A DNA stretch of 64,000 bases from an uncultured bacterium (GCA_963777505.1 CAVZQN010000006.1:32001-96000); one strand, 5' to 3'; shown: positions 31,101 to 40,677, numbered from the stretch's first letter. Translations and numbers: made by a program. Notes: generated from the sequence alone by a model not told the origin.

Positions 31101-32598
31101 TTCGGGTTCCAGTATGTGGAGCCCGCTGGCCAGCGTTCTTGCATTCGGTCTGATCTTCTCAATGTTCTTCACGCTGCTGGTCGTTCCCGTACTATACGCG
31201 TTCGTTAAGTCCCGCTCGTTAAAACGACAGGCAATTGCAGTACCACAGTTGACTACAGCGATTCTTGTCATTGCAGTAGCTGCTCTATTGGTTGGCGGAC
31301 CACAGGCTTCTGCGGAGTCCGTGAAGCAGTCTCTGACACTGTCGCAAGCAGTGGAGCTGGCTCTGAAGCAGAATTCGTTGTTGAAAATCGCGCGAACGAG
31401 AGTAACAGAGACCGATCAAAAGATCGTATCCGAGAGGTCCCAGTATTTTCCCCAGCTCTCCAACAACACACAATATCTGACTTTGTCGGATCAACAACTT
31501 GTCAAGATACCTGCCGGCAGCCTGGGAAATGTTGATGGTAGCCCTTTCCCGACTGAGGACACGACCATCAATCAGGGCGGTTCCCACTTCATGCTCACCG
31601 AAACAACCCTCTCGCAGCCGACAACACAGCTGTGGAAAATCGGTGAAGCCAATAAGATCGCCAGAGCAGAGCGCGCCATTGCAAATGCGGAAGTGAAAAG
31701 GACGGAAAACGAAACGGCACTCGCCGTGCATCAGCTGTATTACTCGTTACTGATTGCTTACAAGGAGAATGAAGCTGCCGTGGCCTCGCTGATGGCAGCC
31801 AGGGAGAATCTGCGCGAATCAGAAGACGCGGTGAAAGCCGGCAACGTGCTTGAAGTTGCGCTTATCGCAGGAAACTCCAATCTGCTACAGAACCAGCAAT
31901 CCGTTCTTGTCGCTGAAACGCAAATAGCTGACCTGACTTCGGAACTCAATGACTTACTCGGTCTGCCTGCGGATGCCATCCTGGAATTGACCGAAACAGG
32001 TCTGCCTGATTTGACCGCACCTGCAAAGGATGAAGCATTTGAGCAGGCTCGTTCCAAAAACGGCGAGCTGCTGGCAGCTCGAAAATCCGTAGAAAAGTCT
32101 AGTCATGCCGTGGCTGCTGCGCGCTACGAATACATTCCTGACGTCTCTCTTTATGTGAGGTATAGCTATCAGGACGGCGCGCCGTTCATTGAGAAAGATA
32201 TCACCACCGTGGGTGCTCAGCTGAGCTGGAACATTTTTGACTGGGGAAAACGGAAGGGTGAAATCGGCCAACGCGTTGCTCAACAGTCGCAGGCCGAAGA
32301 GAACCTGGAACGAATTGAAAAGCGCGTTTTGATTGACATCGATAAGGTATATCGGAAACTGGACCGCACTAAACAAATGATGGATGTTGCACGCGAGTCG
32401 CTTTCGCTTTGCAGGGAAAATACGCGGCTCAGCGAAAACAGTTTGAAGGTGGGCGCCGTGACAACGGCAAAATATGCCGAAACTCTGGCTACGTTGAAAA
32501 AGGCGGAAATGCAGGATCTTGCGGCTTCTCTGGATTATCGCCTTACACTGGCTGAACTGGAGAAAACAATCGGATCGCTTGCACCAACTTCCAAGTAA
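28159..32598 (+). CDS. RND permease (AcrB-like) fused to a C-terminal TolC/OEP domain
   Basis: YPGA, GIVVDDAIV and RLRPIFLTT in the first ~1020 aa. Then a hydrophobic segment ending ASA and a TolC-like LTLSQAVELALKQN...LSWNIFDWG domain. Confidence 0.9.
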   Translation: MQNQIKFALRYPPVTLILTAMILILGVQAFMKMQRTEDPTITIRTGIVAARYPGATSEQVEKQITKTLEKHIFKFEEVRKEKTYSTSRPELAIINVELEDNVKNSDEFWAKLRHEMNLVRNTELPDGISGPVVNSDFGDTVAMLLAVHGKNYGYRELRDYADKIQDEIRTVREVGKVATYGTQSEEIWITSSLERMAQYFADPRQVGNALMQRNVIQSAGHFEADESKIPVRTTGVFNTENEIRNVLVDVSKDGHPVYIKDFANVERRYQDPAFLVRYDGNPSLLLSVEMQEGKNIVELGKLLEEVFQRLKVLLPPDVHIDIVANQPKVVEERIATLSHEFMLAIGSVIVVTMLLLPFRVALIAAMAIPVTLCGTLGAMDALGIALHQVSIAALIMVLGIVVDDAIVIADNYVELLDQKVPKKEAAWRCASDVVVPVLVATITIISSFLPLLILTGSTGEFIMALPITVAIALATSFIVAVFLTPLLCNSFIKKGLHDHDADEEHGKKKKGLLDRLQEKYDVLIRIFMKRKLLAMALGVAAIVVGVSLFAVVPQQFFPSAERNQFVIDVWMPQGARIEATDAVLSRIEKHLASSKGVEHYATFVGESAPRFYYNVNPQQPDGAYGQFIVNTASVADTERLVKELRPSLAALVPEALVIVKELQQGPQLEALVEVRISGDDIAELKRLGDKVQAILESTPNAQYVYRDYFNDSYRLDVKVNDELANRLGITDASTSQTLFGAFDGVPVSTFWEGDRSVSIKLRLDPASRSKFADISNTYLSSDLTRARVPLRAIATLTPEWQTSRIVRRNGVRTLTIRAFVKPGNYASRVLEQAIPQINAVELPAGYRIFFGGEKDNQDEVFPRMIVALSISLVAIFLVLLVQFKRISDPLIIMTSIPLTLFGAMFGLIITQNPFGFTAFMGLIALCGIVVRNGIILVEYCNEQVAGGATLEEAAREAGARRLRPIFLTTMAAAVGVTPMILSGSSMWSPLASVLAFGLIFSMFFTLLVVPVLYAFVKSRSLKRQAIAVPQLTTAILVIAVAALLVGGPQASAESVKQSLTLSQAVELALKQNSLLKIARTRVTETDQKIVSERSQYFPQLSNNTQYLTLSDQQLVKIPAGSLGNVDGSPFPTEDTTINQGGSHFMLTETTLSQPTTQLWKIGEANKIARAERAIANAEVKRTENETALAVHQLYYSLLIAYKENEAAVASLMAARENLRESEDAVKAGNVLEVALIAGNSNLLQNQQSVLVAETQIADLTSELNDLLGLPADAILELTETGLPDLTAPAKDEAFEQARSKNGELLAARKSVEKSSHAVAAARYEYIPDVSLYVRYSYQDGAPFIEKDITTVGAQLSWNIFDWGKRKGEIGQRVAQQSQAEENLERIEKRVLIDIDKVYRKLDRTKQMMDVARESLSLCRENTRLSENSLKVGAVTTAKYAETLATLKKAEMQDLAASLDYRLTLAELEKTIGSLAPTSK

Positions 32599-32604
32599 GT
32601 ATTA

Positions 32605-32647
32605 TGAGTAACGAAGAGTGTCGAAAAAAACAATCGACAATTGTCAA
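32605..32647 (+). repeat. Partial third copy of the promoter module (palindrome part only)
   Basis: TGAGTAACGAAGAGTGTCGAAAAAAACAATCGACAATTGTCAA vs 26874-26915 TGAGTAACGAAGAGTGTCAAAAAAACATTTGACAATTGTCAA. Confidence 0.85.
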
Positions 32648-32672
32648 CACACACATCGTGAGGAGCACGGCC

Positions 32673-34430
32673 ATGAATAGAACCAAACTAGCAGTCCTTT
32701 CGGTTGCCGCATGTTTGCTTACTTTTTCGGCGGCGGTGTCTATGAGCACGCAGCAAGCGGGGGCTCCACAGGCGTCGAGCGACCCCATCATCTACCTCGA
32801 CCAGGGTTGGTCGCAAGATGACCGCGACTGGTACTATCATTTTTCGCAGGGCTCGGCGGTGCTGTCGTACGACATCTATTTGAACCTAGAGGTCGCCGGC
32901 AGCCAGGACCTGCTCCGGTCCGGCGCGCGCTACGGCCTGCTCCCTGGACCCGTGAACCCGTACAATCCGGATGGGTTGCCGATAGGCATCAGCAAAACGA
33001 CGGTTGCGACCCCGATCAAAGGCTGGCCAGCCGGCGACTATGCTGGCGTCACCTGTGCGGCGTGCCACGAAGGGCGAGCTGAACGTACAAGGGCAAGCGC
33101 ATTCGTATTCACGGTGGGAATTCGCATACGATCGATCTGCAGGCTCTCGCTCGGGGTCTCGACGATGCGCTGCAAGCGACGCTGACCGACGCAGCGAAAT
33201 TCAACCGTTTGGCGGCGCGGCTCGGAGCGTCGAGCACGGATGCCAAGGACAAGCTGCGCAAGCGAGTCGAGAGCGAGGCGGTTCGGGTGCACGAGTATGC
33301 GACCCGAACCGCTGTCAGCCCTCACCTGTGGGGACCCGGACGCATGGATGCCGTCTCATTGATTGTGGCTCGCACGACGTCTGAGTTGACGGGAATTCCA
33401 CAAAACTGGTCCCCCGGCATCGCACCCGCAAAACCGCCGTTCCTTTGGAATGCTCCGCAGGGACGATGGGCGCAGTGGGGTGGGTATGCCTGCGAGCCGA
33501 TCAGCCGCAACTTGGGAGAGACGATGGGCGTCTACCTGCCCATTGACCTGAGCTCCAAGACTCCGGCCGAAGGGTTGTTCCAGTCGAACGCCGCGCTTCT
33601 CGAACTTCAGCGGGTGGAAAACCAATTGGCACGGCTGGCGCCGCCAAGCTGGCCAGAAGACGTGTTTGGCAGGATTGATCGTGACAAAGCCAAGGCCGGC
33701 AAGGCGCTGTTCGTGGAATATTGCGCAAGCTGTCACAATGTCTGGCCTTATCGGTGGACCGAACCGAACAAATACGGCAAGCGCTTCATCTCGGTGGGAC
33801 TCGTCCCGCAAACCTACGTCGGCACAGACAGAGCACAGTTCGATGCCGTGAAACCCCTTGGCATTACCGGCCATCTGAGCAATTATCCTGCCCGGAGAGT
33901 TCCGCGGCACGCCGATGCTGCCAAAGTTTCTGTTCAATCTCTTGATTGGGGACGCGGTTCTGCAGACGGCGCTGCAGAAACTCAAGCTGACCGAAGCCCA
34001 GCTGATAGACCTGTACGGTTATCGCGAGATGCCTCCGCCCCCTCCCCCAGAGGGCGTCTACAAGGCAGCCCCGCGCGACGGTGTTTGGGCAACGGCCCCC
34101 TTCATGCACAACGGATCGGTGCCCAACCTCTATGAGATGCTGATTCCGGCGGCCGAGCGCACGAAGAAGTTTTATGTCGGAGGCGACTTCGATCCGGTTA
34201 AGGTCGGGCTCGACCCCGGTGCAACGTCTGGCAGCTTTTCTGATGGACACGACGCTGCTCGGGAACTCGAACGCCGGTCACTCCTTCCAGAATGGTCCGC
34301 GCGGTGAGGGCATTGTCGGCCCGTTGTTGACCGATGATCAGCGCTGGGCGCTTGTCGAGTACCTGAAATCGATTCCTGAAGAACCCGGTCGTATCACGCC
34401 GTTTGGCGGTTTCCCGGAATCCACTAAACT
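32673..34430 (+). CDS. Secreted RoxA-like diheme cytochrome c / cytochrome c peroxidase-family protein; several frameshifts, 3' end uncertain
   Basis: GAGGAG RBS and signal peptide. CAACH and CASCH heme motifs; WGPGRMDA, YKAAPRDGVWATAPFMHNGSVPNL, GNSNAGH and LVEYLKSI across ORFs. Confidence 0.8.
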
Positions 34431-34549
34431 CAACACAGAGGTGAATTATAGGAGAGTGTTATGTCAGATCACATCGGGACGTTTCGCCATTCCCTGTGGC
34501 GTGGGTGTTTTTTTCAACTTGGAGTGCTTTGGGGAGAGCTCGTTCCTGA

Positions 34550-34911
34550 GCATGATTCGCTCCATTTTGAGCGGCGATCCAGAAGTGCGTTGGCGCCTCG
34601 CTGACGTGCGACTTCCCAGAGAAGATATGGCCGAAGCAGAAGTGCACATGCAGGCCGCCCACTTTGGGTTTGAGGCTGTTCTTGAACGGCACTTGCTCGC
34701 ATTTTCAGATCACGGGGCGGAGTTCTATGCCGGAAGCGGTTATGATTGGCGCCGAGCGCTGGACCTGGCGCGCGTCAATGTGGCGAACCGACCGACGGTG
34801 CGCGCCTTCAAGCAGGCTTACGATACCGCAGTGCACGCCGGCGATACGGAAGTTGCTTCTCAAATCGTCGCAGACGCCACGAGGCGATGGGGAAGCGCCA
34901 CAGCGGATTAG
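34550..34911 (+). pseudogene. C-terminal fragment of a paralog of the TPR-like protein at 41457
   Basis: SGDPEVRWRLADV...LLAFSDHGAEFYAGSG...ALDLARVNVANRPT resembles SDDPEYRAIYAEI...PEAYLDHAAAFFMGVG...AVELAFANWKLRDT. Confidence 0.6.
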
Positions 34912-35047
34912 CGCAAACAGCCTAGGGTCGGTTCCGTGACAACGCAAAAAACGGCGAAACGCTTGCCGCGCTGAAAAAGGCGGAGTTGCAGGATCTCGCC
35001 ACTTCTCTGGATTATCGCCTTACACAGGCCGAACTGCAGAACAATCG
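34910..35047 (+). pseudogene. Diverged remnant of the 3' end of the RND-TolC gene
   Basis: Nucleotide match to 32431-32572, including TGAAAAAGGCGGA..TGCAGGATCT..CTTCTCTGGATTATCGCCTTACAC. Confidence 0.85.
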
Positions 35048-35199
35048 TTCTTCGTTTCAATTTGCCTGATTTTCCACTATCAGGAGTACACTGATGATAT
35101 GCCTGAGGATCCTTTGAGAACTCCCGGCCCTAACAGCAAAGTGGTCTGGAGAAAAGGTTCTGACGCCTCTGCTCCCTTCGCGGCGCTTCAATGCTTTTC

Positions 35200-35811
35200 C
35201 TACTCCGGCAATCCCGGAGACTGGTGATCGTGCAGTTCCTGCCCAACGATGGAAAGTAGGATCGCGACCTGCGCGTAGCTGGCGATCAAGACGCTATAGT
35301 GAAGTAACTCTTCTTCGCCAAAAAGCGCCAGGGCTCTCGCGTACGTCGCTGGCGTAACCTGCTTCGCCCCCACCGCCTCGCGCGCGAGATGAATGAGCGC
35401 AGCCTCTCTTTCTGGTACATCTGCAAGCGGCCTGCCGTGACGGATCATGTCGATGGTCGCAGCGGGAACACCCAGTTCCAGCGCGACCGGTTCATGCATG
35501 GCCCACTCGAACTGGCTTTGCATCTCCCGCGCGGTGGCGAGAATGGTTAACTCAACCAAGCGCGCATCAAGCCCCAGCTCGGAACGCAGCATACGGTTGA
35601 GGTCGTCCAGGGACTGGGCGAGCTTGGGCATGCGCAGGATCACTCCGCCAGGCCCCTTGATGCCCGCGAGATTCAAGTGTCCCGAACGTGGCGCCGCCAG
35701 CCGGTCGTAGGCCTTCTGCTGTGCCATGTTCAAGGTCTCGCGTTTCAGCGGTGGCAAGCGCGAGAGGGTTTCGGGATACACATCGGCGGGAAGTTGTCTT
35801 GCGGTTGCCAT
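35200..35811 (-). CDS. Carboxymuconolactone decarboxylase/AhpD-like family protein
   Basis: SRLPPL, ELTILATARE and FEWAMHEPVALELG; directly follows the dioxygenase. Confidence 0.8.
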   Translation of the reverse strand: MATARQLPADVYPETLSRLPPLKRETLNMAQQKAYDRLAAPRSGHLNLAGIKGPGGVILRMPKLAQSLDDLNRMLRSELGLDARLVELTILATAREMQSQFEWAMHEPVALELGVPAATIDMIRHGRPLADVPEREAALIHLAREAVGAKQVTPATYARALALFGEEELLHYSVLIASYAQVAILLSIVGQELHDHQSPGLPE

Positions 35812-35812
35812 G

Positions 35813-36676
35813 TCATGCCTGCGCAGGCTTGAGCACAAAGTCGTAGTGCATCCGATAAAACGGCGCTTCGACCTGGTATTTCGCCGCTTCTTCACGCGTC
35901 TTAACGCGCTCACAGTCGACCACCAACGATTCTTTCACCCCAAACACCGCATCCGAATCGAGGTATTGGTCGCCTGTGACGAACAACTGCGTCACCAGAC
36001 GCTCGTGCCCTGGGGCGCTGATCATGAAATGCAAATGCGCGGCGCGCATGTTATGCCGCTTGGTGGCCTCCAGCATGGCACCCACTGGCCCGTCGGGTGG
36101 TATCCCATAGTTCACCGGTCGCACCGCCCGGAACCAAAACTGGCCTGAAGCATCCGTCCGCAGCCGTGCCCGCAGGCTGAGACCGTTGGGTTTTTGCAAA
36201 TCGTACAGCCCGTCACCGTCGGCTTCCCAGAAATCCACCACTGCGCCCGCCAGCGGGGTGCCGTCGAGGCTTGCGACACTGCCGGTGATCACGCAAGGCT
36301 CGCCATCGCTTGAGTGCTTGGCAAGATTACTCCCCAGCGGGAGTTCCGGTGCGACCTCGACGAAGGCTGGCCCGAGCAGGTCCGACTCGGTGGCATTGCC
36401 AACCTTTCCATGATTGATGAGGTCGACCAGCATCGACACCCCAAGCGTGTCCGAGAGCAGAACGAACTCCTGCCGCTTGTCATCACACTTCTGGCCAACC
36501 GCCGTGAGGAACTGGATACCGGCCATCAATTCCTCCCAGGTTGGCCGTACCTCACGCACAAAGCTGTGCAGATGCTTGACCAGACTGGTCATGATCTGCC
36601 GCAGACGCGGGTCGGGTGTTGCGGCAACGCGGTCGGTAACCGCTTCCATCAGGGTCTGTTCGTTGTAGTCACTCAT
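35813..36676 (-). CDS. Intradiol ring-cleavage dioxygenase (hydroxyquinol/catechol 1,2-dioxygenase type)
   Basis: AAGGAGG RBS; RQEFVLLSDTLGVS; iron ligands in GLYD, NYGIP and RAAHLH; DSDAVFGVK. Confidence 0.92.
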   Translation of the reverse strand: MSDYNEQTLMEAVTDRVAATPDPRLRQIMTSLVKHLHSFVREVRPTWEELMAGIQFLTAVGQKCDDKRQEFVLLSDTLGVSMLVDLINHGKVGNATESDLLGPAFVEVAPELPLGSNLAKHSSDGEPCVITGSVASLDGTPLAGAVVDFWEADGDGLYDLQKPNGLSLRARLRTDASGQFWFRAVRPVNYGIPPDGPVGAMLEATKRHNMRAAHLHFMISAPGHERLVTQLFVTGDQYLDSDAVFGVKESLVVDCERVKTREEAAKYQVEAPFYRMHYDFVLKPAQA

Positions 36677-36732
36677 GTCTTCCTCCTTTTCGACTAAATT
36701 CATCGATTGAAATTCGAACTACACTCCATTAG

Positions 36733-36748
36733 TGCAAAAACCGCACCA
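36733..36748 (-). promoter_or_regulatory. sigma54 promoter for the dioxygenase/CMD pair
   Basis: Reverse strand reads TGGTGC-GGTTT-TTGCA. GTCAA half-sites at 36804-36828. Confidence 0.65.
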
Positions 36749-36918
36749 TGTTTATGGCTTAGCCCTAAAGACGGTAAACGCCGAAGCGACTGGATGATCC
36801 ACCTGTCAAACGCATTGTCTTTGGTCAATGTTTCTTGCGGTGATGCTGTTGTTGAAAAGTAAGTCACTCCCCAGGAGGTATTAGCCGCCACTAAAGAGGT
36901 TGGCCCCTTTCATTTCCA

Positions 36919-37168
36919 CAATTACTACTCCTATAATACTACCTTTGTAGCAACTTTTTTCTTGAAGCAACTTGCCTCAAAACCTCCTTCGTGTCCTCAT
37001 GACTTGATTTAAACAAATCCAAATCTCCTTTCAGTAAATAAAATGTCAAAAAAACATTTGACAATTGTCAATTTTTCTTTGGTCAAAATTTGACAAATTA
37101 CCGAGCGGTAGTCGATGCGTTTATGGCACATCGCTTGCTCAAGTCCCATGCGAGTGCGTGAATCGTTA
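36919..37168 (+). repeat. Duplicated ~260 bp promoter module, copy B
   Basis: Matches 26755-27015; palindrome array at 37044-37095. Confidence 0.9.
37124..37139 (+). promoter_or_regulatory. sigma54 promoter for the Dyp operon
   Basis: TGGCAC-ATCGC-TTGCT, identical to 26969. Confidence 0.85.
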
Positions 37169-37281
37169 GGTACAAGCTAGAACGGCTAATACGCGGTTTT
37201 GGCCGGATCAGAGCTCGAACGGTTCGAGTTGTTCGGTCCCCTTCACGCATCACATCAAAAAAAAAGGAGAGTTATTTCAAA

Positions 37282-38025
37282 ATGAGTCAGAAACAACAGA
37301 TAACAACAGAGCAATCTGCACCAAACACATCTGCCGGCGGGTATGACCTGCGTCACCCCGGCCTGGTCATGAAGGGCGCAAACGGTGAGGAGATCCACGA
37401 GTTCACGGGCATGTGGCCCCTTAAGCCCGATGCCGACCTTGTGGACATGGAGAATGCCCTAAGCCGCGAGGCCCCTTTCTGGACAGGCCCTGGAAAGACG
37501 TTCGCCGAGGCGACGACGATGCTTGGTCTCATCAGGACGGCCCGCTGGTTCGTCGGCACCAGCACCGAGTTCGGTCCCACCCTCTACTTCATCTCGCAGT
37601 TCGATAGCAGCCTCGAGAAGTACTTCGATGACTTCGTGCTCAACGGAAAGGAGAACCTGTTGAAGGCCTGGGGCACATGCATCGGCTGTCCGACCGGCCC
37701 CGACGCGACGGCGCGCGACATCGTGAATTACATCGCACGCGGGCAGATCAAGACCATGGTCTGTTACGACGCTCTTCCGAGCCTGAACTTAGGCCAGATC
37801 CAAAAGATGGCCGACTGGTACGAGAAGACGCAGAAGTTCCAGCGTGCGGTCGCCAAAGGAGGCGGCAATCTCGAGGACAAGGTCAACGCTTTCTTCAGCG
37901 AGCTGGCCAAGCCCTACGAGTTCATCCAGAGCGGTGCCGCTATCGATACCGACGTGGCCAACCAGCCGCAATACACCGACGTCCCCGAGCGGTTGGGCGT
38001 GAAAAAGAACCCGCAAAGGTCCTGA
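37282..38025 (+). CDS. Hypothetical protein of the type found beside Dyp peroxidases
   Basis: AAGGAG RBS; IRTARW...LYFISQFDSSLEKYFDDF...WGTCIGCP motif. Confidence 0.75.
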   Translation: MSQKQQITTEQSAPNTSAGGYDLRHPGLVMKGANGEEIHEFTGMWPLKPDADLVDMENALSREAPFWTGPGKTFAEATTMLGLIRTARWFVGTSTEFGPTLYFISQFDSSLEKYFDDFVLNGKENLLKAWGTCIGCPTGPDATARDIVNYIARGQIKTMVCYDALPSLNLGQIQKMADWYEKTQKFQRAVAKGGGNLEDKVNAFFSELAKPYEFIQSGAAIDTDVANQPQYTDVPERLGVKKNPQRS

Positions 38026-38039
38026 ATCGGCGGCAGGTG

Positions 38040-38071
38040 GATCGGCCTTGGGCGACCACCCAAGGTCGATC
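38040..38071 (+). terminator. Strong intra-operon hairpin
   Basis: GATCGGCCTTGGG-cgacca-CCCAAGGTCGATC with no U-tract, so possibly an mRNA stability element. Confidence 0.45.
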
Positions 38072-38120
38072 TTATCCGCTCAGTAATGGTGAGTACTTTT
38101 GCAGTTAGGAGGATAACAAA

Positions 38121-39533
38121 ATGCAAACTTTAATTTCTCTCAGATCTGCTGATCTGAAAAATAATCTTCATGACATTCAGGACAATGTCGTGGCGCCTAT
38201 CTTGATGCGTTACGGACGTCACATTTTCTTCAAGTTTCTTGACGGTGCAAAAGCGCGTACGTGGCTGAGTAACATGTTCAAACGCGTCAACACGCGTCAG
38301 GAAGAGCATGGTATCCGATTCACAGTCAACATCGGATTCACTTACGAAGGGCTGAAGGCGCTCGGGCTTGTCTCAGCCTTCGCTGAACAGCTTTCCCGGT
38401 GGCGTTCCGGCTCGGAATGCGGGGGCGCGCCCATGAAGTGGGTGATGTTGGATCGCATGCGCCCGAACATTGGGAAGGGGGTCTCGGCGGTCCAGACATT
38501 CATGCTATGGGATGGATTCGAACGGATTCTGACCAGGGCCGCGAAGAGGCAATGCGGATCATTCGCGCCGAGATGGAGGCTACAGGTGGCGTTGAGATTC
38601 GCTTCGTGCAGGATACGATGGCGCTCGCGCATCAAAACGGAATCGGCTCCGAGGGCGAACATTTCGGTTTTGCTGATCCGATTTCACAGCCGCCGATCGA
38701 AGGTGCAGACGTGCCATGGTATCCGGGCGATGGAGTGCAGCAGGAGGATGGAACTTGGCGTCCACTAAAACCGGGCGAGTTCCTGCTCGGCTATGAGGAT
38801 GAGGTAGGCCCGCCCGGTACGCAGACCCCCGAACCATTCGAATTGCGACGCAATGGAACGTACATGGTATTCCGCAAACTGTATCAGGATGTGGCTGCGT
38901 TTCGCCGATATCTGGCGACCGCTGCGAAGTCTCTGTACGGCAACGATGACAAAGATCATCAGGATCTGGTAGCCGCCAAAATGATGGGGCGATGGCGCAG
39001 TGGTTGTCCGGTTGATCTGTCTCCCGATAAAGACGACCTCGCGATCGCAGCGGATCCTGAGCGTCGTAACAATTTCACATATGCAGGCGACGAACAAGGT
39101 CTGCGGTGTCCGATCGGTTCGCATCTGCGCCGTAGCAACCCGCGGGCTACACCGTTGAAACGCGCGACCGCGGTAAGACGTCACCGATTGATCAGACGCG
39201 GCGTGGAGTACGGCCCGCATCTGCTGGACGGGATGCTTGAGGACGATGGTGTGGATCGTGGCCTGATCAATCTTTTCATCAATGCCGACATTGAACGCCA
39301 GTTCGAATTCGTCCAGAAGGAATGGATGAAGGGCGGTGAGTTCCTCGGGCTAGATCCGAGCGAGCAGGATCCGATCAACGGCGTGGGCGGCGAAGGCTTC
39401 GCAGATGTCGGTGCCTGGCGCTACACGACCGTTCCTATTTGATTTGCCCACATTCGTGCATGTAAAAGGTGGCGAATATTTATTCGTCCCTGGCCTCAAT
39501 GCACTGAAAGGCATTATCGAACAAAAATTCTGA
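38121..39533 (+). CDS. Dyp-type peroxidase; frameshifts near 38370-38400 and ~39400
   Basis: DIQDN, VNIGFTYEGL, EHFGFADPISQP, RNGTYMVFRKLYQDV, CPIGSHLRRSNPR, RLIRRG, QFEFVQ and GGEYLFVPG. Confidence 0.9.
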
Positions 39534-39554
39534 TTAAACAAGGAGTAAATCAAA

Positions 39555-40676
39555 ATGTCAGATCATTTCAGTGGTCCAGCGGTGATAGGCGATCCATCGA
39601 TCGATATCACCGATTTTTACGCGTTTCCCAGCCCCGAAAAACCCGGGAATCTTGTCCTCATCATGAATGTATTTCCGATGGCAAACGTGCAGTCTTTTTT
39701 CAGCGATGTTCTCACTCACCGCTTTCGACTACGGCCGCTAACACGGTCGGGAGGCAACATTACATATGGTGCGGCGGAATATTCGATTGATTTCACGTTT
39801 AATGATGTGCCGGAGGGAAGCTCAGTTCAGAAGGGCAGTGTCATCACGTCAGACGGGCACGAGGCGAGCTTCGTAGTTGGCGAATCATTAGAAAAGAACG
39901 GTATCCGCGTCTTTACCGGACTCGTCAGCGACCCATTCTTCATGGATGTCGAGGCGACGGTCCGCACGGATCTTTCCGGCAAAATGTCCTTTGACACCGC
40001 CGCAAACACGGTTCAGTTGCGAGACGTGTTGTCGATCGTCATCGAGATTCCGTTCGCACCTATAGTCAAACGTTTCGAGGGCAATACACTTGTTGGCGTC
40101 ATTGCGGAAAACATTGTGTCCCGGCCTGGCAGGGCGATCCGGATCGAACGTTTCGGGCGGGCGGAGATCAAAAACGTCGTTTTGAGGAACGCGAGTCGCG
40201 ATCCACGCACGAAGGGTGTTGAGCTACGAGATCTATATAATAAGGAAGATGCCTTTGCGCTCTCCGAGGAATATCGACCGTTCTATGAGTCGCGTATGGA
40301 CGCGAACCTGGCTTTCTTCGATAGTCTTGACCAAAAAACCGCATGGCCTTTAACGCCAGATGGGCACCATCCCTTACGCGATCTGCTGATCGACGACTAC
40401 ACGATCCTCGACCTTGCTCATCCATTCGCACCGGGCAATTTCCTCGAAATTGAACGGGCGATCCTCGATGGCCAACCTCACAAAAGCAGTGGTGGTCGTT
40501 GGCTTGATGATGACATCCTGGATGACTTGCTCACCTTGATGGTGAATGGCGCGCGAGGCGAGCGGTTCGGTGACGGAGTCGATGTTCCCACAAAGCCCGC
40601 CAGTTTGTCGTTTCCTTATGTGCGTGAACCAAACAATCGAACTGACTTGCCGCTTCCGGCATTTTTGAGAGGTTAA
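39555..40676 (+). CDS. DUF4331 family protein (no signal peptide)
   Basis: MSDH..., DITDFYAFPSP, VLIMNV, VFTG..SDPFF.D, ERFGR, GGRWLDDD and FPY. Confidence 0.85.
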   Translation: MSDHFSGPAVIGDPSIDITDFYAFPSPEKPGNLVLIMNVFPMANVQSFFSDVLTHRFRLRPLTRSGGNITYGAAEYSIDFTFNDVPEGSSVQKGSVITSDGHEASFVVGESLEKNGIRVFTGLVSDPFFMDVEATVRTDLSGKMSFDTAANTVQLRDVLSIVIEIPFAPIVKRFEGNTLVGVIAENIVSRPGRAIRIERFGRAEIKNVVLRNASRDPRTKGVELRDLYNKEDAFALSEEYRPFYESRMDANLAFFDSLDQKTAWPLTPDGHHPLRDLLIDDYTILDLAHPFAPGNFLEIERAILDGQPHKSSGGRWLDDDILDDLLTLMVNGARGERFGDGVDVPTKPASLSFPYVREPNNRTDLPLPAFLRG

Positions 40677-40677
40677 T

